Assembly (NCBI GenBank): GCA_030141605.1
Contig: JAQGDQ010000630.1
Location: 1 to 64,000, forward strand
DNA from: Tubiluchus corallicola
Taxonomy: Eukaryota > Animalia > Priapulida
Reading direction: 5' to 3'
DNA length: 64,000 nucleotides
In this document: piece by piece, positions 1 through 14,713 of the stretch
Layout of the letters: each line of letters begins with the position of its first letter
How positions within the stretch are numbered: position 1 is the stretch's first letter
Translations under genes and position numbers: made by a program
The notes under the pieces: generated by a model
The model's database searches: none
What the model was told of the DNA's origin: nothing
What the model saw: the letters and a program-made list of their open reading frames with translations, nothing else

Positions 1-697
1 GGATGGAGAACACAATTATAACCAAAGTGGATGGAGAACACAATTATAATAAAAGTGGATGGAGAACACAATTATAACAAAAGTGTATGGAGAACACAAT
101 TATAACAAAAGTGGGTGGAGAACACAATTATAACAAAAGTGGATGGAGAACACAATTATAATCAAAGTGGATGGAGAACACAATTATAACCAAAGTGGAC
201 GGAGAACACAATTATAACCAAAGTGGATGGAGAACACAATTATAATCAAAATAGATGGAGAACACAATTATAACCAAAATAGATGGAGAACACAATTATA
301 ACCAAAGTGGATGGAGAACACAATTATAACCAAAGTGGATGGAGAACACAATTATAACCAAAGTGGATGGAGAACACAATTATAACCAAAGTGGATGGAG
401 AACACAATTATAACCAAAGTGGATGGAGCACGCAATTATAACCAAAGTGGATGGAGAACACAATTATAACCAAAGTGGATGGAGAACACAATTATAACCA
501 AAGTGGATGGAGAACACAATTATAACCAAAGTGGATGGAGAACACAATTATAACCAAAATAGACGGAGAACACAATTATGACCAAAGTGGATGGAGAACA
601 CAATTATAACCAAAGTGGATGGAGAACACAATTATAACCAAAGTGGATGGAGAACACAATTATAACCAAAGTGGATGGAGAACAGAATTATAACCTA
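1..697. repeat. 28-bp tandem minisatellite, about 25 copies, truncated by the window start
   Basis: Unit GGATGGAGAACACAATTATAACCAAAGT recurs every 28 nt with few substitutions and no spacers. Confidence 0.97.
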
Positions 698-1053
698 GCG
701 ACTGGTACGTTGTACTTCTTAAACCCTCAATACGTTATATTAATATAATAATCATAGAATAATCCTTGACATAACATTGACATAATGTCCGTTCTCCTAG
801 CCTCGAAGAGAACTTGGAACTACACCGTCCTCGTTCGGCTTGGAGGACCCACGCAGTGTCTTGTGACGCGTTTTTCATCTTGTCTTGTTACTCCAGTGAC
901 TCCATCTATCGCGATGTACACAAAAATTCGGTGTGTGTTTGTGTTTGACTATTTCATATTAGTTTTTTTTTCACCTATTGTGAAACAAAATGGCATTGTT
1001 TTGAATTTATCTAATCTTGCATAGTAGGAAAGTTGTGTGTGTTTGTTTTGAGG

Positions 1054-1314
<261 letters not shown>

Positions 1315-2530
1315 GTATACAGTGTTGTAAGGAACTATAATAGATATCTTAAAACATACGATTTAAATGAGTTCTTAACCTTTAATTTTACATTTTCGTT
1401 TAGGTCTACAGTACAACCATATTTAAATCTTAAATTTACTCGACTGTTATTTACATAATAGCATAGCTTTGGAATTCTCAATGTGCAAGAGTTTACAATT
1501 TTTCTCACAAAGTTTATATCAACAGCTATAAAACAACAGAAACTTTAATTAATCAATACACGTACTTTATTGTTAATGCCTGTTCTAAATAAATACGTTT
1601 ATATATATAAAAATATTTGTTTACAAGACATTTTGAAAAGTGAAAAAATGGGCTGACAGAGGTCGGTAAAACACGACCTTACACACAGTGAGCTGTTCGT
1701 GTGCCCAGAATTGTCTATTTGTGTAAAAAGCCGTGGACTAACAGAGTTGGTACATACATCAGAGAACGCTCAAAATACAGAAAACGTCGTGTGTACAAAA
1801 AAACACATCGCATTCAAAATTATGCATTTTATCTGAATATATAAAGTTTTCATAAAGAATGAGAAATTCGGCACACGTATACTTGTGACATCCGTTTTTT
1901 CGCTGCAGTTGTGTTTCTTTAACACCAGATGGCGAGCAAATACAGTTTTTTCTTTGGCGGAACGGAATCTAGTTTTTTTATGAAAAATAATCCTTTAAGA
2001 TGAGACACGGAACCATCCATTTCCTGACCAGATTTGAAATTACTTAACTTCAGGTCATCACTCGGTTACTTTTTCACTCAAGTGTGGATAGTGGGGTAAA
2101 TTGTAGAGATCATTTCACGAAATTTCTGTGAATGGAACTCAGGACTTCGGTTCCGTGTCACCTGCGTATGAAAAACTCATCAGATTCGTGTAGCCATTGG
2201 TAGCATGAACGTTTCCGTTCTGTAAACAGGGCCGGCCTTAGGTAATTGGAGGCCCTAGGCGAAGTGAATTTGGTGGCCCCAAATAGAAATAGAAAAAATA
2301 AATACGAAAAAAATAAAATTACGCAATTTATTAAAAACTGCCTGTATTTGTATCTAAGTCTACAAATAACTGAAATTTATACAAACATATTCGGGCAGAT
2401 GTCATAAACCTTCAACAAAAATCAACTTTTCGTGCTTCGACGGCAGCAAAGTGTGCAATAAATTGTGAATAATCCAGAGACTGGACGATATCTCGTTCGA
2501 TAGATATCGTTGCCAGACTGTTTAGGTATT

Positions 2531-3081
<551 letters not shown>

Positions 3082-3457
3082 CTGTAAATCTTCGTTATAA
3101 ATACGTAGATCCAGCACAACTTTATTTTATAAAATTTACGACACTGGAGCTTTCGGCCTGTGTAAAGTTGCCTTTCACAACGCTCACTCGAGCGGGAATA
3201 AAAGCTTTTTGAACCGCTGATTTTTAACTAAAAGTAATCAACTCTTGACCTAGTTCTTTGCGGCTTTTCTGTTTTTTAACTTTGCTCTACATTTAGAAGC
3301 TGCGAAGTTGTAATTAACCCGAGTTTAAAAACCGTAAACACAGGTTTTGTTTGTACTTTGCTGTGCTTAGTGACTTTTGGGAACGAGCGATCGACTTGTT
3401 TCTTTGCGTAATACATAAAAGCGTCAGATTTTGCAAATTGTGTGTAGAGATAATTAA

Positions 3458-3914
3458 CCCTTTCATACCCGTTGTATCCCGTGGGATACGAGAATATTTT
3501 CTGCCTTTAAAATTAACAAAATCTTAAAACTGACAGTTATTTGATCTGTTAATAATAATTTGATTTAAGCCAATAACAATAGACTAAAAATGGCGATAAA
3601 ATGGTAAACTAGAAAATCTACATAGCATAAAAACTGCGCAAGGTACAGTACTTTAGAGATGACTTTGTACAGATCAGCATAGCGTGCATACTAAATGTCT
3701 TAAATACTTTAAAAAATTATCAGCAGTTGCAAAATGAAGCACATTTTATGATTCCATTGAATCCCAATGTATCCCGTGGGATACAGGCTATATTTTGCAC
3801 GCGGGCACAGGTAGAAACAAGTAATTATTATGTGTAAACAAGATGGACATACTGAACAAAAGTACCAAGCCAAAAAAATTTTCTTATTAACAAAATAATT
3901 TGGGACTGAAAGGA
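3458..3914. mobile_element. piggyBac-like MITE
   Basis: TTAA|CCCTTTCATACCC ... GGGACTGAAAGGA|TTAA: imperfect TIRs flanked by TTAA on both sides. Confidence 0.6.
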
Positions 3915-5396
3915 TTAAACTTAGCGGCTTGAATCTCTAATTCTCTCAGCAGCATAGTTAACTTGTAACGATAATTATACTTTGTTTATGCTCTTTATTT
4001 ATTGGAAAGATAGCATAATAATTTAACAAACTTTAAAAAGCGCCAAAATTAATGTTGAACAAATTAGGGTATAGTCATAAGTCATTTATTTCACATTACA
4101 CATTTACAATAGTTTCACATACAATACAGGGTGAAAGGGCCTACAATGAACATAACACAAATAAGCTTTCATTGTTTCTGCACAAGAAAAGCCTCACACA
4201 ATGTTTGCCTATATATGAATGTAAATGTGTTGCGGGCAATCAAAAAGCAGGGCTTGTTAGATTGTCCCACACTGTGAAAGAAACAGCATACCAAAGGTTA
4301 AGCACTGGCAAATGAATGCTCAAGTCATTATTGTGGGTTATTAGTGTGATTAACAGACTACGAAAATCCAAGATTCCTTATTACGGAAGTTATAAGAAAA
4401 AATTAACATAGAAATTACTGTTATAAAATGGCCAGTTGTTGTAAGTCAACTTGAACTCCACTATAGTCAATATTCTATATAAATAAGCAGCCTAAAAGCT
4501 CAGCTGTCTGCTGTGGTAACTAGAGTCAGTCAAGCATGTTACCACAGTTCACCAATCTCACCTGACTAACTCAATTCGTGTTTGTTATTAACAATAATAG
4601 CCGGGGGCGGGGATGCACGCTACACCCAAAAAGCAATTATTTCACCCATGTACTGTTCAAGTGAGTAAGCGTGCTTACATGAGAGTAGGAAACTTCAAGA
4701 CAACGATCGTGAATGTTTCATCTTTAACAAACACGACAAGGTTGTTGTTTGATCTTGGCACTGTCTTACCGGTTACGTTGCGCTGAGCTGTCCTGCCCCG
4801 TCCTGCCCTGCAGGGAAAAATAATTTCGAAATGCGTCACACTGTGGCGCACAACACAATGAAATGAAATTGTTTGAAGTCAGTTCACTGTCCAATCCATT
4901 CATTGGCGTTATTACGGAAAAGAAGCACAGAGTAATCGTGAACAAGAATCAAACGTCGATCCGTCGGAGATCACGATTTAATCGTTAATTAGCTGGATCA
5001 GGATTAAAACTCATGTTCTGTGCAACAGAAGAGAGGATAGTCTCCACGATAAAAACTGAGACAATGGAGTAAACTGTTTGTGTAGTTTGTAAACAATAAC
5101 ACGTGCTTCGAACGCATAGTCGTGTCGTGTTTACGGCTTATTGTATGTGTACATAATAAGTGATTTGTTTGTAAATATAATTGTGATGCGTGTTTTCTCG
5201 TGTTAACTGCAGAAATAAGAGTTAGTCATAATTTGTCATTAGAGAAAAAGTAGAAGTACTACCTTTTTGGAGATTTGCGGCATGTGCATTTCTGAAAATT
5301 GACACTCAGTGATCACCCCTTAATTTGCTTAATTGATGTCTAATTATGCGTGATGCAGTTGTGATCAACGTACGTTAGTATTTCTCACCTTTACAG

Positions 5397-5433
5397 ATCG
5401 ATGCTCAACTTTGTTTCTATACAGTAATTACAG
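5397..5433 (+). other. Candidate 5' UTR exon of the sacsin gene
   Basis: Strong acceptor TTTCTCACCTTTACAG and strong donor CAG|GTAAGT around 37 nt. The link to sacsin is inferred from position only. Confidence 0.35.
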
Positions 5434-5544
5434 GTAAGTTTATTTATTCACTGCAGCCTTAAAGGTTACATAACCTTTTATAATATTTTGAAGGATGACA
5501 AAAGTTCATGTTAAATTGAAAGCAGATGTATTTAAGATTGATGC

Positions 5545-5770
5545 TGATGACGACGACGACGACAATGAAGATGACGACTATGATGATGAAGATGACGATG
5601 ATAAAGTGTTGATGGTGATGATGATGATGACGATGAAACTGGCAATGGTGATAAAGGTGATAGTGATAATGATGATCGTGATGACTACGAAAATGACAAT
5701 GATGAAGATGGTGGTGAAATGATGGTCATGATGATGAAGATGATAGGTCCTAATGACAATGACGATGATT
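5545..5770. repeat. Degenerate (GAT/GAC)n microsatellite
   Basis: Direct reading; explains the poly-D/M ORFs. Confidence 0.9.
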
Positions 5771-6051
5771 AATAATAAGCGGTGTACCAAGTTTCAGGAC
5801 CAAACCCAATTAAAAATTTAGTAATGCAGACCACAAAAAGGTACTGGTATTGTGTACATTAAGTACTGACACTTTAAGATACTGATACAATGTGTGCGTT
5901 AAGTTCTGACATTGTGTATTATATGTACAGACATTGTTATCCTATCTGTGTGACGGTTGTAAGTTAGCTGTACATAACTCAAGTCCATCGAAGTTTTCAT
6001 GTTATGACATATTTGCATTATGTAACGTTTTTTTTTTTTGCAGTACTGACA

Positions 6052-6106
6052 ATGGATAAACACAGGAACTACAGCACTAACAGTTATGGAAGTACCAGTT
6101 CCCAAG
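6052..6106 (+). CDS. SACS: Probable first coding exon of sacsin (MDKHRNYSTNSYGSTSSQ)
   Basis: Acceptor poly-T GCAG ends at 6043, ATG in ACAATGG context at 6052, donor AAG|GTAAC in phase 1, matching the phase-1 acceptor at 15185. No homology support. Confidence 0.5.
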
Positions 6107-6146
6107 GTAACAATAAAGCTACAAAAGCAGAATTTTTAAAACTATA

Positions 6147-6509
6147 GGTTTTACACGTCAAATGTAGACACAGGAAAGTTCAAATGTGACTTAGGTAAGT
6201 CAAATGTAGACACAGGAAAGTTCAAACTTGACTTAGGTAAGTCAAATGTAGACAGGATTTCGAATGTGTTTTGATAACTCAAATGTGACTTAGGTAAGTC
6301 AAATGTAGATATAGGAAAGTTCAAATGTGACTTAGGTAAGTCAAATGTAGACGTAGGACATTTGACTTGACATGTGTCTACATTTCACTTATCAAAAACG
6401 CTTAAGATTTGTTGAAAACCATTGTTAACACATTTGAACTGCCTAAGTCTACGTTTGAGTTACCAAGACACATTTAAATTACCTAAATCTACATTTGACG
6501 TGTAAAACC
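6147..6509. mobile_element. MITE with perfect terminal inverted repeats and internal tandem subrepeats
   Basis: TATAGGTTTTACACGTCAAATGTAGA (6143-6168) is the exact reverse complement of 6488-6513; TA flanks; internal GTCAAATGTAGA...GACTTAGGTAA repeats. Confidence 0.8.
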
Positions 6510-6971
6510 TATATTTTGAATGATAGCAAGCGTCTATTTTCCCTTTAAGCAAGTGAAGTTTTAAGTAGCACGAAAATAATTTTCTGACAAACAATTCCAC
6601 AGAGAAATGGCCCGAGGGAAAAAGTTCAAAACACAGAAGCGGCAACATTTCTCATTTCATGATGAGCGTGTTAGACCAATGACACAAGCGTCTAATAATA
6701 GTTGGATGTCGGATTTCACGATAATACTTCAAAAATACTTGATTTTCAAAAACAGGAATTTGAAACACAATAATTGCTTTTATTATATAATGTATTATTC
6801 ATGACATAAGTGCTGGATAATTGCTAGTTTGCCTCCTCTCAATCATTTTCTGTGACATGCAGAAGTCGTGTCATCTACTCGGCCTGCACATCATACGTAA
6901 TTATAAAAATGGTCAAGTTAGGGGGTATCATCAATTATAAAGCTGGCTAGCATTGTCAGCTGAAGTGATAG

Positions 6972-7303
6972 CATGTGAATGTCATGTGATGTCATTGTCA
7001 TGTGAGTGTCATTGTCAGGTGAGCGTCATGTGATGTCATTGTCATGTGATGTCATTGTCATGTGAGTGTCATGTGATGTCATTGTCATGTGATGTCATTG
7101 TCATGTGAGTGTCATGTGATGTCATTGGCATGTGAGTGTCATGTGATGTCATTGTCATGTGAGTGTCATGTGATGTCATTGTCATGTGAGTGTCATGTGA
7201 TGTCATTGTCATGTGAGTGTCATGTGATGTCATTGGCATGTGATGTCACTGTCATGTGATGTCATTGCCAGGTGAGTGTCATGTGATGTCATTGGCATGT
7301 GAG
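6972..7303. repeat. Compound minisatellite of TGTCATGTGA-based units
   Basis: Alternating TGTCATGTGATGTCAT and TGTCATGTGAG units. Confidence 0.92.
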
Positions 7304-7628
7304 CGTTTAAAGCAGGCGTGCTTGTGTGACGTCAAATTCAAGTTTTTTCAATTTCAAAAATTCTTTCTTTCCACAAGCACATCGCAAGTAGTCATTAAAT
7401 TATACCTGACAAATTTTTTATAGGCCAAAATGCTGCAGGTCTATTTAAGCCTGCATATATTATTATTATTAACAATCTTTATTGAAAATTATACAATAAG
7501 CCCTCTATTTGCAGGGGCACAAAAGTACAAAAATGTTATACAACTCTTTACACTATGTACATTAAACAAGCTGACAATTTTGCATTACAATTTATTTATT
7601 CTAAATATATATCCAATATTTATAATCA

Positions 7629-8012
<384 letters not shown>

Positions 8013-8444
8013 ATATAGATGAGTATGCTACTTTGTTACATGAATTGTTCTAGTGATTTGGCTATCGTATCCGAGAACAGGCGCTTCACAGTTAAAATAA
8101 TGTTGCCACAAACCCGATTCGTTTATTCAATATCGTTTCTGTGGGCTTTGAGAAAATCAATGCGCATTGCAGCACAATTTGACCTTCACCACCCTGCTGT
8201 ATATGGAGTACAGGTAGACGAATTCGGTTTATTACCCGAGGCGCGGCGTCAGATCTAGGCTAAAACGCAACGCTTACCGAATCAAAACCAAACCGTCTTA
8301 ACCGCCACAACACTCCGAGTTTTCTTAGCGTGTCGGAAAAAGTCAATTAACTTCGAATCCGCTTTCGTCAGTTTGTTTAGAAGAAACGGAAAGTGAGCTC
8401 ACAGCCCGCGAGTTCGTTATTCTGGCCTTTTAGATTATAACTTT

Positions 8445-9091
8445 CTTCAATGCCAAATAATGACAAGACGAATTGTTATTAGCAATGACGTGTTGAGGCC
8501 TAAGAAAGCATTAATTATGAATGGAGCATTTAGGCTTGAGTCGGCACGGACACTCACAATAATGTTGGACTACGCGTCTTCATTGCCAAATACTGGCAAG
8601 ACGAATTATTATTAGCAATGACGTGTTCAGGCCTAAGAAATCATTAATAATGAATGGAGCATTTAGGCCTAAGTCGGGCACAGACACTCACAATAATGCT
8701 GGGCAACGCGTCTTCAATTCCAAATAATGGCAAGACGAATTGTTATTAGCAATGACGTGTTCAGGCCTAAGAAAGCATTAATTATGAATGGAGCATTTAG
8801 GCCCAAGTCGGGCACAGACACTCACAATAATGTTGGGCAACGCGTCTTCAATGCCAGATAATGTCAAGACGAATTATTATTAGCAATGACGTGTTCAGGC
8901 CTAAGAAAGCATTAATTATGAATGGAGCATTTAGGCCTAAGTCGGGCACAGACACTCACAATAATGTTGGACAACGCGTCTTCAATGCCAAATAATGGCA
9001 AGACGAATTGTTATTAGCAATGACGTGTTCAGGCCTAAGAAAGTATTAATTAGGCTAATACTATCATTTAGGCCTAAGTTGGGCAACGCGT
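8445..9091. repeat. 134-bp tandem repeat, about 4.8 copies
   Basis: CTTCAATGCCAAATAATGGCAAGACG-type unit starts at 8445, 8578, 8712, 8846 and 8980. Confidence 0.95.
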
Positions 9092-9379
9092 TCGTTTCGC
9101 TGCGCTCGACCAACGATTTAAATATTGTGCAATATATTTAATTGTGCAATCTTCAAAGCTGTAGATACAGATGCTTACACAATATTCAGTTTTGTCCAGT
9201 ATTATTGGCAATTTAATTGTACTTGTGTATGCTCCCTAATAATGGTTCTGAGTCATGATTCTTCGGCAGCTATATTTGTATGGTATTATTATTTTATTAA
9301 AGAAAATCAGTTTTAATAGCTCTACCTACATGGCCTAGCTCAGGTATATTCTTTATTTCTGTGCGAGGTAATTAATGAA

Positions 9380-9937
9380 GTGTGTGTTTAACAACGAAGT
9401 TGAGCAATGCCACACTCGGTGAGTGAATGGATAGGTGACCACCGAGTTCGATATTCACTTTTTCTCTGTCGTACTGCTCGTGGGTATTTTATCCAATGTC
9501 TTATAGGATTATCTTGTATAATCAGAAAAATTCCAGTTCCGCCACACCCATGCCCGTTGAACGCTGCAGGTGTACTTACAGAATTATGAAAGGTATAAAA
9601 AAGTGTAATGCAACCAGTGGCAGACAGGTACGTTTACCTTGTAAATTAGAATCCAGCTAAAAAGTCACAGGTAAAAAAAGTTGCGGTAAAAGATCACAGG
9701 AAAAAGTTACAGAAAAAAAAGAAAAATTTTAAGTTAAAAAACAACAACTTTATTAAAACTTTTACTTTAAAAAGTTAAAAGTTAAAATCATGCCAAACGT
9801 TTCAGCTAGCTGTTGCAGTACTGTTGTTGTACTACCACGAGCAGTACGACAGACGAAAGTGAATATCGAACTCAGTGGTCACCCATCCATTCACTCACCA
9901 AGTGGAGTGTTGCTCAACTTTGTTATTAAACACACAC
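9380..9937. repeat. About 100-bp inverted repeat pair containing 5S internal-promoter-like boxes
   Basis: 9380-9483 and the reverse complement of 9835-9937 align closely; each arm has AAGTTGAGCAA...TGGAT(A/G)GGTGACC. Confidence 0.8.
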
Positions 9938-10729
9938 AGTAAAGCAATCATCAGTGGTAAATTTACAAACATACAATCAGTTTTTATATAAGCAGAGCCT
10001 ATTATGCACTAATTAAATATTTAACAGAAGCCAAGTAGGTAATGAATAAATGTATACCGGGAAAATGTTTAATAATCCTAGCCCTAACTGTTGCCCTAAG
10101 GTATTGAGCAAACCGTTTTTTTCACATACATGTAATGCCATCATGTATAAGTGGTGTTGTCAATATATACAAGTCATGCATTGCCTGTTAATAACTGATT
10201 TAAAGTATTCCTGTTACACTACTTTAATTGTTAATGTTACTTAAATAAACTGTGACTGACTTGAATATTTTTGCAAGATTCCCAGTCTCTCCCTTTCCTA
10301 GCCGAAATTGTGACTTTTCCCGGCCACCTTAAATTAATTGTGATTTTTTTTCTAGACGAAACTTACTTTTTTCTGTGGCTTTTTTCCCGTGACTTCACTG
10401 TAAATTAGCGCCGTTGTTGTGGATTTATGAAAAGCTCATTTCATTTCTGATGAAATTTGGTTTGCTGAGGCATAGAGGTCATCATATAATGAGTCTAAGT
10501 CCTCTGACCTTGTCACACAGCATGGTCATTTAAACGAATGTTTGCATTTCTAGATGTTGAGCCTGTGCATGATGGATTAGTTGTAATCGTACTTACAGTA
10601 TTAATTTCGGTGGTATATATATTTATGGTATATATATTTATATACTTATATATATATATAAATGGATATATAACCGACGAGACTACAGTTCCAACGACGG
10701 CACTATTTTAGGCGATCTATACATTAAAC

Positions 10730-11192
10730 CAGGGGTGTGCAAATTATCTGACTAGTCTGCCCACATTAAACTTTCCCGCAATTCCTGCGTGTCACATGCA
10801 GTTTGGTCAAGGAGTCAAGTACAGAAAGGCCTAATAACGATTTTTTTTCGCATTTGACCTGCGTACATCATTACTACTACACTCAAGAAACTATTTTAGA
10901 AGTTATTAAAATTTATATTACAAACCATATATTTCTACTTTCAGGACAGATAGTGGTAATTTCATTACAATGTATATTAGTAATGTGTATCTCACAGTCT
11001 GTGTAGTACAGTGACATTAAGCTACGACCGTCTTGTAAAGGGTTAATGGCATCCGATCTAGTAGAAAAAACTACCCGCACTATCTTTGGGATCGTGGCAC
11101 GGACTTCAGCTGGATAAACTCAATTAATCACGTAGGCCGCAGTTTCATTAGGTTGACAAATCTCCTCGCGGGCCGCAATTTGCACACCCCTG
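10730..11192. mobile_element. hAT MITE family A, copy 1
   Basis: TIR CAGGGGTGTGCAAATT; 8-bp TSD CATTAAAC on both sides. Confidence 0.95.
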
Positions 11193-12121
11193 CATTAAAC
11201 GATCTGCTATTATTATTTTCATGTAATCAAAACATTCTAATTTAATTTAGCACTTTAATATTCCTTAATTATCCATCGTAATCTGAATTGAATTCTCCAA
11301 CCGTTGTTAGTTTTTTATAATTAGTAATTACTAGTAAAACCGAGAAACGGATCTTATTTATCATATAAAATTTTGCGCCTAGAAAAGTGTTTTTTTTTTT
11401 GCTTAAAGGGGCAGCTGAGTTAGTGACCAATAAGTCTTTCGCTGTTCGTACTCACATATGTATTGAGATCGCTACTACTGTATGTTGTATGTGAAACGAA
11501 TTGTTGAGGAAATAAATTGGCTGAATTGAATTGCAGGTCGTGAAGTACTTTTCGCTGAAAATCTGCCCTGCTAAAAGCAGACAGCGCATTTTTACATACT
11601 TGCTATGAAAGTACTTAGCTTAAGCACTTGAATTTTTACAAAGTTTTGGGTAATTATGTCGTTTACACAAAAGTTCGTACAGCACGTGGACGTCTCATAA
11701 AGATCGTTATGAAATTGCAAAATACGCATTCAAACGTACGCATTCCTTGGTGGACTAATGTATACGTCGAGTGTACTGTGTTACCTCGAGATAGCTGATA
11801 TGTTTGTCATTGTTAACTAATACTATACTAGTCTGTAAACGCTATTCAAAAATTTAGTTTTCGAGAAACAAACAGAGAACGAAAAAGCAGAAAACCTCCA
11901 CTTTTTTAGCCACGCTAATTCGGTTACATAGAAGAAAAACGCCCGGAGGAGGAGGAAGACCACCCACGTCGTTAAGCTCTTGGCTTTTCTTACTTATTGC
12001 AAGTCATTGTAGGACGTAGGTCAGCGTTATAGCCACAGGCTTAATAGTAATCGGTTACACTTTTGTGACAGAAACAATTAGGCTAGCGGTACATACGTAA
12101 AAGAATCCAGGTAACGAAATC

Positions 12122-12440
12122 ACAATTCAATTCAGTTTCAATTTATTTATCTCTTTATAATACTACAATAAAACATGATTAATAAAAGAATCGCTAATAA
12201 GTTTTGAAGAATGGTTAAAATGAATAGATAGATCTAGAACTAGAGAAAGGATAGCGAAAAGACAATTTAATTCAATTCAATTTCAATTTATTTACCTCTT
12301 TATAATACTACAATAAAATGTGATTAATAAAAGAATCACTAATAAGTTTTGAAGAATGGTTAAAATGAATAGATAGATCTAGAACTGGAGAAAGGATAGC
12401 GAAAAGACTATAAAGTCACCTAGTCTGCTATCCTTTACCA
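12122..12440 (-). mobile_element. Probable LINE 3' UTR/tail with a local tandem duplication of about 145 bp
   Basis: Antisense AAATAAATTGAAATTGAATTG-type tail occurs twice (12122, about 12262); hairpin AAAGGATAGC...GCTATCCTTT follows. Confidence 0.55.
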
Positions 12441-12670
12441 AATTTAGATAAAATGATTTTTAGACACTGGTGGGCATTAATGTTATCGGTTTAATAAGGA
12501 AACATTATTAATTTTTAAAATTATGACATTTGCTATATGATTAAGTAATCCAGAGTAAAGAAAACACATGTAGTGTAAATTAGTCGACAACAGAATGGGG
12601 TTAATCTTGCATAAATTAAAAATTTGAGTGAATTTGAGTGAAAGACGTGTCAAATTTGTTATGTAATAAC

Positions 12671-12880
12671 AGGTAATAAAGTCACTGGTAAAAAGTGACA
12701 GGAAAAAAGTAACAGGAAAAATCCACAGGGAGAAAAGTACGGGAAAGAAGAAATAACCCGTAGAAGTCAAATCTTCGCATTAGCCAAAATTAATTTTGAT
12801 TTTTTTTCCCCAGTAACTTTGTTCCTAGCCAAAATTGTGAGATTTTCCGTGATTTTTTTCCTGTAACTTTTTAACCGGCC
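12671..12880. mobile_element. Foldback/MITE-like element with GGAAAAAAGTCACA-type subrepeats
   Basis: Left arm GGTAAAAAGTGACAGGAAAAAAGTAACAGG is mirrored by TTTTCCTGTAACTTTTTAACC; related arms near 9660-9720 and 10310-10395. Confidence 0.5.
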
Positions 12881-13249
12881 ATCACGTTAAGCTGGGGAAA
12901 CATGAAGAAAGCCATTACCCCGTTTTGATAAGTGGCTGCTTGAATTTGTTTGTGAACATTGGAAACTACAAAATAAGCGTAGGAAGGATGTGTAACATTA
13001 GAGGCACTATGGTCCTCTGGTCTGACTTCAACACAAATAAAAAAGATACTAAAAATGTAATTTTTAACCTCGATTTAAAATTCGATTTTGTTGCAATTCA
13101 TTTTCGTTGCCTGTTTTCGTTAAACTTACCGCTTGTCACTTGTATTTTTAATGTTAACACTTGCTTGTTTGTTTGTCTGCTTGCTTGCTTGTGTGTTCAT
13201 TTACTCACTACTTTAGTTTGTTTGGTGAGTCATTTGCTTCGCTTGTTTG

Positions 13250-13644
13250 CATAGTTCCCACGGTCAGGGAAAATCCTGGAAAGTCCGAAAATACAGGCTA
13301 TCCTGGAAAGTCGTGGAAAAGTCAGGGCGAATGATAAAAATGGGGCGAAAAGTCGGGAAAGGGAAATCGGAAAGGGTTGCAAAAATAATTTGCAATATTT
13401 TTCAAACATATTTTTCAGCGATTCGTGTTCAAATAAAATTTTGCTACGGCAGGCTCCCAGTTTCAATTTCTGTTCCAAAAATAATGATTGGCCGACACAT
13501 TATATATCAGTATATGTATGAATGTCCATAGACAAAAATGTTTGAATATTTATACTGGTAATGCAATTTCTACTTGTCTTGGAAAATCAATATTTGGTCA
13601 GGAAAAAGTCAGGGAAATTTATTTTAAATTCTGTGGGAACCCTG
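13250..13644. mobile_element. Degenerate hAT-like MITE
   Basis: Ends CATAGTTCCCAC ... GTGGGAACCCTG with GTCAGGGAAA subterminal repeats; no clear TSD. Confidence 0.5.
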
Positions 13645-13699
13645 CGTTTTTCCATGCTGTCAGAGCTGGAATTGGTGTCTGTGGGTCATAGGTCATAGG

Positions 13700-14278
13700 C
13701 AGGCTGCATAAGATTATGGATATCCATAAAATAAGACCAAAAATCCATAAAATAAAATTTGAAAAATCCATAAAATAAGAAATGCATAAAATAAAAAAAT
13801 GTTTTTTTTTGTGATTTTTTGTACAAAGTAACGAGTTGTAAGCATTGGCAACACTGAAAACGAACGTTAGAAGGAGAGAAAGAGAAAGAAAACAAACCAA
13901 CAAAAGCGCATTTCCGGATTTGCTATTTTACATTGTTTTTTCTCATTGTCTTTTTGTTTTCAAGATGGCGAAGTTTCAACCAAAGCATGAGCTGGAGTTC
14001 CGTCTGAAAATAACTGAGAGAGACCCAGCCATTGTCTCGTAAAATTTGATTAAATTTGAAGTGATATGAAACCGATAAAATTAAAACTAAGTCCTGCGTG
14101 TTTAAAAACACGTTTCAAGCACTCCTGTTTTTACTTTTTAATTGATTTCCCCCTGGGCATCTCGTTCCAGATATAGTCTATTTTTTATTTTATTGATATC
14201 CATAAAATAAAATTGCAAAAATCCATGAAATAAGCTATTTTATTTATTTTATACATATCCATAATCTTATGCACCCTG
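13700..14278 (+). mobile_element. Non-autonomous hAT element (family B) with a possible transposase N-terminal remnant
   Basis: TIR CAGG(C/G)TGCATAAGATTATGGATA; perfect 8-bp TSD GTCATAGG; short ORF MAKFQPKHELEFRLKITERDP at 13965-14042. Confidence 0.9.
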
Positions 14279-14713
14279 GTCATAGGTGTTTGGCAGGTCA
14301 CATGGGTATGAAACTGAAACCTGACCCAAGTGACCTGGGTAAAAATCAAACAATCATATTAAGTGAAACCTTGAATAGAAATAAAACTGTCTCGTAAATA
14401 AAAATGTTTACCCAACCTTAATTTTATGACAGCAATTGAAGTTTTATCCCTGCATTGATTCGACAGTTTAGAAGTCATTCTTTTACTCTGTGAAATCTGT
14501 GACATTCAAGACACACGCATGTCTATTGTTTAGAAATTTGAATGATTTTGCATTTGTTCAGAAACTAACACTGTAGATGCCTTTTGCAGCGTGGAGTTAA
14601 TATGAAGGAATTAATATGGATGATGTCTGTTAGGGTATAGGTCATGTTATGGCCAATGGGTCATGGATGTAGGTTAGAGTTGGGTCTGGGTCTCGGTATC
14701 CATTGTCAAGTGG

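Noticed and set aside
1-697. 28-bp repeats of CRISPR-like length
   Set aside because: Units are contiguous with no unique spacers, there are no cas genes, and the context is eukaryotic.
8445-9091. 134-bp array as a CRISPR or RNA gene array
   Set aside because: Whole units repeat with no variable spacer and no recognisable RNA gene motif.
11931-11975. Possible extra sacsin exon (EEKRPEEEEDHP)
   Set aside because: No convincing donor before an in-frame stop.
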